A stretch of DNA of 39,429 nt from a virus. Lineage: Duplodnaviria > Caudoviricetes. Every line of letters starts with the position of its first letter. Position 1 is the stretch's first letter. The translations under genes were made by a program, and so were the position numbers. This document shows positions 33,436 to 39,429 of the stretch, piece by piece. The stretch lies in IMG/VR virus record IMGVR_UViG_3300020181_000019, positions 1 to 39,429 of that record; one strand, written 5' to 3'. Below the pieces are notes generated by a model. The model ran no database searches. It worked only from the letters and a program-made list of their open reading frames with translations, and was not told the DNA's origin.

Positions 33436-33843
33436 TCAGCGCCAGCCCGGCTCGCACCAGTACGGCCAGCCCAACTCGGACTCGTCCGGGTCGGGGCCGG
33501 CCATACTGACGGTGTAGACCGACCCGCCGACCGTGCCGCAGAGGTTCTGCAGCTGCTCGATCTCGCTCGGCCAGAACATCCCGCGGCGCTCTTGGCGAGT
33601 GTCGTAGGTCTGTCCGAACGGGCCGGCGGTCTGCGACTGCAAGGCGCCGGACCCGGCGTCGTTCCACCGGATCACGGCGCCCCGAAGGATCGCCTTGACT
33701 GCCGCGTCGTTCGCGAACCCCTCGGCAGTGATGCACGGAGCGACGAGCTCGGCCATGGCCTCGGCGTCGTCGATCATCGCCTGAGCCTTCGCGGGGTCAA
33801 TGGTCGCGAAGGGGGTGAGATCCTCGGGCGTCAGAAAAGCCAT
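33436..33843 (-). CDS. head-to-tail adaptor, 135 aa
   Basis: AQAMIDDAEAMA..VAPCI...AILRGAVIRW...QTAGPF; follows capsid. Confidence 0.8.
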   Translation of the reverse strand: MAFLTPEDLTPFATIDPAKAQAMIDDAEAMAELVAPCITAEGFANDAAVKAILRGAVIRWNDAGSGALQSQTAGPFGQTYDTRQERRGMFWPSEIEQLQNLCGTVGGSVYTVSMAGPDPDESELGWPYWCEPGWR

Positions 33844-33874
33844 GACCGGCCCGCCTCTCCGTTGGGTGTTGCGA

Positions 33875-35095
33875 TCAGGCGGCGTCGGTGTACGCCACGA
33901 AGGCGCCGAGCGCGTCGCTCTTGACGAACCCGTAGTACGCCTCCACGAGCAGGAGAACGAGGTTCTCCTGGAAGGCGGAGTGGGTCGTGCCGGCCTCGTC
34001 CACGTAGGACGCGGAGTCGGACACCTTGATCGAGATGTCCATCCCCACGCCGTAGGCAGCCTGGGTCCAGTCACCACCGATCGCGCGCAGGTTGGTGTCG
34101 GTGTCCGGGGACGAGGCGACCACGGCCGACGGCGAAGTGCCACCGGTCAGGAGCGCGCCGTCTGCGGTCAGCGGAGCGCTGGCCACACCGACTACGCCGA
34201 GGGTGACGGTGTAGGGGCCGCCGGCCGAGCCGGCGACCGTCGCCGCCGAGAACGGACCGCCGAGGCTGCGGACGTGGGTCTGCACGGTTCCCGCGGCGGC
34301 GTCGTAGGCGATGTTGGACGAGGTCTTGCCGTTGCCCGAGACGGTGAAGGTGCCGCCGGTCGGGGTGCCGGTGATGGTGATGACCTGCACTCGGTTGCCC
34401 GAGCGGCGGTAGGAGCCGGAGACGCCCCGGTTGAAGTACGCCGGGTAGCCGATGAGGCTGCCGGTGTTGATGCCGCTCTGCGCCGAGTCTACCCACAGCG
34501 GGCGGCCGGTGGTGTCGGTCGACAGCTTCAGGGTGGGGCGCAGGCGCGGGTCGGCGGCGAAGCCGGAGAAGTCGTAGCCGGCGTCGACGACGAGCTTCTC
34601 ACCCTGGACCAGGTCGGTGTACGTCGAGCCGTTCGCCTGGGTGGCGGTGCCGAGCTCGATGGACGACGCGTCCTTGGTCAGGTAGTCGGTGAACGGACCG
34701 GCGCTGCCGGTGCGGAGGTCGAGACCGTGGATCGCGGCGTAGTCGAACGCACGCGCGATGGAGATCGGGAGATCCTGGCGCAGCTGTGCGTAGAGGCCTG
34801 CAGGGTTGGTCATGGCGACCTCCTGCGAGACCGGCACGAGCAGCGCGACCTTCTTGCCGCGCATGGTCTTGACGCCGATGGCGCCGGACCCGACGGGCTT
34901 CTGGCCGCCCTCCGACACCCAGCCGGCGGCGGGGATGTCCATGGAGACCGGGATCTCGGTGTTGGCCGTGATCGAGAGGGGCACGCGCCGCGCAAGCGAC
35001 ATGACGGCCGAGGACTCGATCGCCTGGTCGAAGATCGGCCCAGTGATGGTGGGCGGGAGGAGCGTCGGGTTGACGCTCGAGAGGGTTGTAGCCAT
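33875..35095 (-). CDS. major capsid protein (HK97 fold) with internal insertion
   Basis: LLPPTITGPIF...AGWVSEG..KP...KKVALLVPVSQE...GDW...AFQENLV; AGGAG RBS. Confidence 0.92.
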   Translation of the reverse strand: MATTLSSVNPTLLPPTITGPIFDQAIESSAVMSLARRVPLSITANTEIPVSMDIPAAGWVSEGGQKPVGSGAIGVKTMRGKKVALLVPVSQEVAMTNPAGLYAQLRQDLPISIARAFDYAAIHGLDLRTGSAGPFTDYLTKDASSIELGTATQANGSTYTDLVQGEKLVVDAGYDFSGFAADPRLRPTLKLSTDTTGRPLWVDSAQSGINTGSLIGYPAYFNRGVSGSYRRSGNRVQVITITGTPTGGTFTVSGNGKTSSNIAYDAAAGTVQTHVRSLGGPFSAATVAGSAGGPYTVTLGVVGVASAPLTADGALLTGGTSPSAVVASSPDTDTNLRAIGGDWTQAAYGVGMDISIKVSDSASYVDEAGTTHSAFQENLVLLLVEAYYGFVKSDALGAFVAYTDAA

Positions 35096-35122
35096 GGTGT
35101 CTGACTCCTAGTCAGGTAGTCC

Positions 35123-35626
35123 TCAGGTGAGTTGGCCCTTGAGGAACTTCGCGAAGTCGGCCGCCGGGTCTCCGGCTGCCGCGGTTCCACCGCGTGCTCC
35201 GAGGTCAAGCGCTGCCGCCACGGCAGCGGTGTCGTCCGCCGGCTCCGGCGGCTTGAAGTTGGCCAGTAGGTCTTCGGCGTCGGCCTCGAGCTCCTCGCGC
35301 GAGGAGCCGACGAGACGCTTCGCCTGAGCGGGGGTGAGTCCCTTCTCGGCAGCGATCTCGAGCCGCAGAGCGCTAGCCTCAGCCTCAGCCGCGCGCTTCT
35401 CGGCGGCGGTGAGCGCCTCGGTGGCTCGCTGCTGCTCGGTCTTGCTCGCGTTCTCGATCTCCTCGAGACGCTGGGCCGCGGTGGCGTTGGCCTTGGCCCT
35501 CGCCTCCTGCTCGCGCGCCTTCTGCTTCCAGAACTCGACCGTTTCGGTCGGCTTGGTCTGCGTCTGCGCTACCTGCTGCTCAGCCGGCGCCGTTTCGGCA
35601 GCCTGCTGCGTGATCTCCTCGGACAT
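35123..35626 (-). CDS. capsid scaffolding protein, 167 aa
   Basis: WKQKAREQEARAKAN...KTEQQR...KRLVG..REELEADA; GGGAGA RBS before ATG 35626. Confidence 0.85.
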   Translation of the reverse strand: MSEEITQQAAETAPAEQQVAQTQTKPTETVEFWKQKAREQEARAKANATAAQRLEEIENASKTEQQRATEALTAAEKRAAEAEASALRLEIAAEKGLTPAQAKRLVGSSREELEADAEDLLANFKPPEPADDTAAVAAALDLGARGGTAAAGDPAADFAKFLKGQLT

Positions 35627-35664
35627 GCGGTCTCCCGTTTCGGGATCAGTCGCCCCCGTTTCGG
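35537..35664 (-). repeat. four CCGAAACGG mini-hairpins around scaffold start
   Basis: + strand CCGTTTCGG within 35537-35549, 35589-35599, 35633-35645, 35656-35664. Confidence 0.75.
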
Positions 35665-35675
35665 CGGCGGAGGTT

Positions 35676-36275
35676 CTAGGCCCGGTAGACGGGCTCTGCG
35701 GTGCACCCGCAGCGGTCGTGCGCTTCGAAGTCGGCGGTCTCGGCCGAGTAGACGCCGCCGCGACCGGCGAGCATCTGGCAGAAGTCGCAGCCGCCGCCAC
35801 CGAGGACGCGGCGGTAACCACGCGCCCGCGGGTCGGCAGCGAGCGTCTGGGTGATGGTCTCCCGGCTCGCATTGAGCACCAGGCGGGACATCGACCCCTG
35901 CACGAGGGTCAGTGCGTTCGCCATCGCGACCTCAGCGACGGTGCCCTCGGATGCGGCCTTCTTGAGCGCGGCGATCGAGGTCGTGCTGAGCGAGGCGTTG
36001 AACTGGTCGACGATCAGCGGCCTTGCGAGGTCGATCCTCGCGGTACCGCCTACTCGCTGCGCCCTGCGGAACTCCCTCAGATAGGCAGCAGCGAGGCCAG
36101 CCGACGTGCGGCGGTTCAGCTCCACCAGCCGAGCCAGGTCGACCGCCAGGGCCGGATAGGTGGCGTCCAGTCGGTCCCAGTCGAGCGCCGGCCATGCCTT
36201 GGTGACGCCTTGGACTGTCGCCCGACGCAGGAGGAGCTGCTGCGCGCGGTGGCGCTGCGTCAGTGCGTCGACCAT
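35676..36275 (-). CDS. MuF-like head morphogenesis / capsid maturation protein
   Basis: CDFCQMLAGRG...AHDRCGCTAEP; between portal and scaffold. Confidence 0.75.
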   Translation of the reverse strand: MVDALTQRHRAQQLLLRRATVQGVTKAWPALDWDRLDATYPALAVDLARLVELNRRTSAGLAAAYLREFRRAQRVGGTARIDLARPLIVDQFNASLSTTSIAALKKAASEGTVAEVAMANALTLVQGSMSRLVLNASRETITQTLAADPRARGYRRVLGGGGCDFCQMLAGRGGVYSAETADFEAHDRCGCTAEPVYRA

Positions 36276-37666
36276 CAGGGCAGCGGGTTGGTCTGAGCCG
36301 CCTCGAGCACGGCAGTGAGGTTCGATGCGGCCTGACGCTCAGCGCGCCACGCCTCATCACGGTCGCGCTCGGTCTGCGACATGCCCAGGTACTTCTCTTG
36401 AGCCGTCTGCGGGGTGATGACCGGGTTGTCGCCCTGCGTCAGCTTCACCGCGGCGTCGGCGGTCTGAGTCGGCGATCGGGTGTTCATGTCGGCCCACTTG
36501 ACCTCGATGTTCGCCGCCTGCGCCCGCGGGTCGCCCATCGAGCGCAGCATCAGGCGCACGGCGCCCTCGATGCCCGGCTCGTAGCCCTTCACGCGGCGCT
36601 GGCACTTCAGCACCAGGCCGGAGACCAGCAGCTCGAGCGCGTCGGCCGACAGGTTCGCCACGTTGCTGAGGAAGTAGGTGATCGGCACGCGCGAGAGGCG
36701 GGCGATGTGCGCCGCGACGTCCTGCGCGAGCTCGATGTACGGCTTCATGTCCGAGACGTTGAAGTCGCCGAAGGTGGCGTCGCCCTCGGAGACGAAAAGC
36801 TTGGTGACGTTCGCCTCGAACGGCGCGATCGGCTTGCCCTCGGCGTCGCGAGGCACCTCGATGTTGGTCGCCCACTTCTGCCGGAACGCACCCCACTCCG
36901 CGACCGAGTCGGTGTTGAAGATGACCTGATTCAGCCGCAGTTGCGGGATGACCAGCGGGGCGACCTCGGAGCGGATCGAGCCGGTCAGCTTGTTCTGGAG
37001 CTCGAAGAACGGCACCTCACCGAGAGGGTTGCGGAAGACCGCCGCCTCGCGGCCCATGTCGCGGATGATCCACGTCTGCTGACCGGAGTCGGGGATGCCG
37101 GCGCGTTCCATCTTGACCACGTAGCCGGGCGTGTAGAGCGTGCCGAACGTGGTGCCGGTCCACTCGTCGGTGAAGACCTTGAGTGCCGCGCGCCGGGAGC
37201 CGTCCGGCCACGACGCGAGCACCACCTGACGGGGGTCCTCATAGTGCAGGCGGGCCGGCCGATCGCCAGACGGCGGCTCGACCGAGAGGAATGAGCGGCT
37301 GTAGACCAGTGCGGAGGTGATCGCGTCCTGGCTGCCCTCGTCGAAATCGCAGCGCTGGAGCAGGTCCCAGACGTCCTTGTCGGCGTCAGGCTCGTCGCCC
37401 ACCCGCACGCCCTCGATGGACATGCGCTCGGCAGTGGCCTCGACCGCCAGCCCCGTCAGGTTCGTCGTCGACAGGCCCGCAATGCGGCGGAACTTCCGCG
37501 CCGTCTCCTGCGACTCCGGCTTCGGGTGGACATCGTCGACCAGATCCCGGAACGCCTGCATCTCGGGAAGCCGGTTCGCCAACTCCTGCTCGAGCCGGCG
37601 CAGCCACCACGCGGGGGTGTCCGGCTCGTACTGGCCAACCTGCGGGGTCACGATGTCGACAGTCAC
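36275..37666 (-). CDS. portal protein (SPP1 gp6-like)
   Basis: After terL; NPLGEVP, AFRQKW, NLSADAL, ADAAVKL. Confidence 0.9.
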   Translation of the reverse strand: MTVDIVTPQVGQYEPDTPAWWLRRLEQELANRLPEMQAFRDLVDDVHPKPESQETARKFRRIAGLSTTNLTGLAVEATAERMSIEGVRVGDEPDADKDVWDLLQRCDFDEGSQDAITSALVYSRSFLSVEPPSGDRPARLHYEDPRQVVLASWPDGSRRAALKVFTDEWTGTTFGTLYTPGYVVKMERAGIPDSGQQTWIIRDMGREAAVFRNPLGEVPFFELQNKLTGSIRSEVAPLVIPQLRLNQVIFNTDSVAEWGAFRQKWATNIEVPRDAEGKPIAPFEANVTKLFVSEGDATFGDFNVSDMKPYIELAQDVAAHIARLSRVPITYFLSNVANLSADALELLVSGLVLKCQRRVKGYEPGIEGAVRLMLRSMGDPRAQAANIEVKWADMNTRSPTQTADAAVKLTQGDNPVITPQTAQEKYLGMSQTERDRDEAWRAERQAASNLTAVLEAAQTNPLP

Positions 37667-37675
37667 GAGACCCCC

Positions 37676-39121
37676 TTAGAAGGCGTGGGCTTTCGATGGT
37701 TGGGAGGTCGCCGCTACGTCGGCCCCGTGCAGCGCGAGAGTGGCCGCAACGAGCGGCGAGATGTCGATCTCGGGCGAGCGGCGGTCCCACACCCAGGCGC
37801 CCGCCTTGCCGACCGGCAGCTTCGTGGCGCCGGCCAGTGCGTCGTTGAGCTGCGCCTGGTCGACGTGGGTGATGCCGCCCTCGACCGCGTCGTTCGCGAA
37901 GCCCTGACAGGCGCGGGCGAAGTCGGGACCGGCGAGGAGCTTGACCTTGACCTTGCGGGCGATCAGGTCCGCGGCCATGGCGGCAGCAGGCGAGTCGGCG
38001 GCGATGAACACCGGGATCTTGCGGCCCGCGCGCTCGGCGATCCAGTCGACCGCCCGGGTGGTGTCGGTCGCGACGTCCAGCGCCAGCAGCTCGACGTGAG
38101 TCACGCCGTCTCGTCGCCATGCGCCGGCCACCGCGGTGGTGCCGTCGTACCAGCGGTCCACGGCAAGCGCCGTCGGAGGCGAGTCCTGGGCCGGCGGGCC
38201 CGCGGCACGCCGCTTCTCCCAGATGTCGGCCGGGACGACAGCGAGCGCCTTGGTGGCCTCGTCCCAGATGCCCAACGCCTCGCGGCGCCAGTCCCCATCG
38301 TCGGTCAGGTTCTCCCGCAGTCGCAGCATCGACTCGTGCGGCGTCCGATGTGGGTAGGAGGCGTTCGCTTTCGCCCACTGCACGGGGTCGTCGAGGTCGG
38401 CGTCCTGATCCGCCGAGAGCTCGATGTAGATCCCGTTCGGCATCCGGCCGTCGAGCGCCTTCTGTCGCCGGGCAGCGAACTCATCGCCCATGTCCGTGGG
38501 GCGAGGCGGCGTGCCAATGAAGAACACGAGCGCGCCATGCTTGTGGCGGGCCTGATTGGTGGTCGGCATCATGTCAGCCAGGGCCCTGCTCGAGAGCCGC
38601 TGAGCCTCGTCACAGACCAGGATGTCGATCGCGTCGATGCCAACGCCGAAACCGTGCTCGCGAGCGCCGAACATGATGATCGAGCCGTTGGAGAACTTGA
38701 TCTCCTGCTCGCCGTTCGCCGTTCGAATGCCGTTGTGGGCCAGGTGTGGGGCGATCTTCTTGCGGCGCACCATCCCCTGCATCGACCGAAACGTGTTGGT
38801 CGTCGTGCGTAGGTGGTGGGAAGTCCACACCACTCGCAGGCCCGGGTACTCGAGACACATCGCCACCAAGAGCGAGCCGACTGTGAAGGTCTTGCCTACC
38901 TGACGAGGGACGCTCATCGTCACGCCACCCACGGTGGCGACGTAGCGGTCAGCCTCGTCGCGACCGAGGATGAGCTGGACCGCGCCCGACTGCCACGTGT
39001 CGTAGGTGATCGCCATGTCGGCGAGCCGGCGCTGGATCCGCGGCCAACCCGACCGCTTGATCCCGTCGGGGAACTTGAGGTGGCGAGCTACCTCAGATAG
39101 CCGAGGCGTCGAAGGCGTCAT
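37676..39121 (-). CDS. terL: terminase large subunit
   Basis: Walker A VPRQVGKT, Walker B LVCDEAQ, coupling GTPP, REALG, C-terminal DISPLVAATLA. Confidence 0.93.
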   Translation of the reverse strand: MTPSTPRLSEVARHLKFPDGIKRSGWPRIQRRLADMAITYDTWQSGAVQLILGRDEADRYVATVGGVTMSVPRQVGKTFTVGSLLVAMCLEYPGLRVVWTSHHLRTTTNTFRSMQGMVRRKKIAPHLAHNGIRTANGEQEIKFSNGSIIMFGAREHGFGVGIDAIDILVCDEAQRLSSRALADMMPTTNQARHKHGALVFFIGTPPRPTDMGDEFAARRQKALDGRMPNGIYIELSADQDADLDDPVQWAKANASYPHRTPHESMLRLRENLTDDGDWRREALGIWDEATKALAVVPADIWEKRRAAGPPAQDSPPTALAVDRWYDGTTAVAGAWRRDGVTHVELLALDVATDTTRAVDWIAERAGRKIPVFIAADSPAAAMAADLIARKVKVKLLAGPDFARACQGFANDAVEGGITHVDQAQLNDALAGATKLPVGKAGAWVWDRRSPEIDISPLVAATLALHGADVAATSQPSKAHAF

Positions 39122-39380
39122 CGACGTCCTCCTCCGCCCCGCCGCTGTCCGCTGCGGAGGCCGCGTCCGCCTGCCGAATCAGGCGGTCGAGCTCGCGCAG
39201 TTCCTTGTAGGCCGACGCGATGGCGTTCGATGAGACGTCGCCATCATCGAGCTTCTTCGCCAATGCCTTGCGCATGGCGGCGAGCACGTCTCGACTCGAG
39301 CCATCCAGTGCCTCTGAGATGTTCTTCGGCGCCGCCTTGGGCGCCTTCGCGTCGGGAGGAACCACGGACAACTTCGCCAC
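39093..39380 (-). CDS. terS: terminase small subunit (putative)
   Basis: First gene at genome end, helical, overlaps terL; GGAGG RBS favours GTG 39380. Confidence 0.7.
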   Translation of the reverse strand: MAKLSVVPPDAKAPKAAPKNISEALDGSSRDVLAAMRKALAKKLDDGDVSSNAIASAYKELRELDRLIRQADAASAADSGGAEEDVDDAFDASAI

Positions 39381-39429
39381 GTGAACCACCTCCAGAGAGT
39401 TTTTCGATTCGCGGAGAGAGATCGGCCCT

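Noticed and set aside
26814-38812. Long + strand ORFs opposite structural genes (e.g. 29161-30468, 33800-35104, 37526-38812)
   Set aside because: Antisense shadows expected in high-GC DNA; no motifs, and they fully overlap well-supported - strand genes.
39421-39429. Hairpin telomeres or protein-primed terminal repeats
   Set aside because: The inverted match is only 5 bp and no protelomerase, terminal protein or DNA polymerase gene is present.

Overview
The window looks like an essentially complete, unintegrated temperate siphovirus genome (about 39.4 kb, high GC) of an actinobacterial host, given in reverse orientation. From the right end on the - strand it carries terS, terL, portal, a MuF/protease-like gene, scaffold, HK97-type major capsid, head-tail and tail genes (with a -1 frameshifted chaperone), tape measure and minor tail genes. 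A multi-gene lysis cassette and a second tail-fibre gene follow. A central + strand block (14.6-19.0 kb) holds the repressor, attP, tyrosine integrase, a structured intergenic region and accessory genes. The leftward early operon has cro, xis, many small overlapping ORFs, a RecE-like nuclease and partner, a C5 DNA methyltransferase, a replication initiator, a DnaB-like helicase, a putative late regulator and an HNH nuclease that runs off position 1. The most unusual points are: attP carries the 5' rather than 3' part of tRNA-Lys(UUU); a divergent EEP-fold protein sits between endolysin and holin; the methyltransferase has a G6 frameshift that puts the end of motif X out of frame; a 310-nt hairpin-rich region has complementary loops, like an antisense RNA module; and the capsid protein has an internal ~97-aa beta-rich insertion. 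All calls come from motifs and gene order read by eye, with no database searches. Many starts were re-assigned from RBS and stop/start overlaps.
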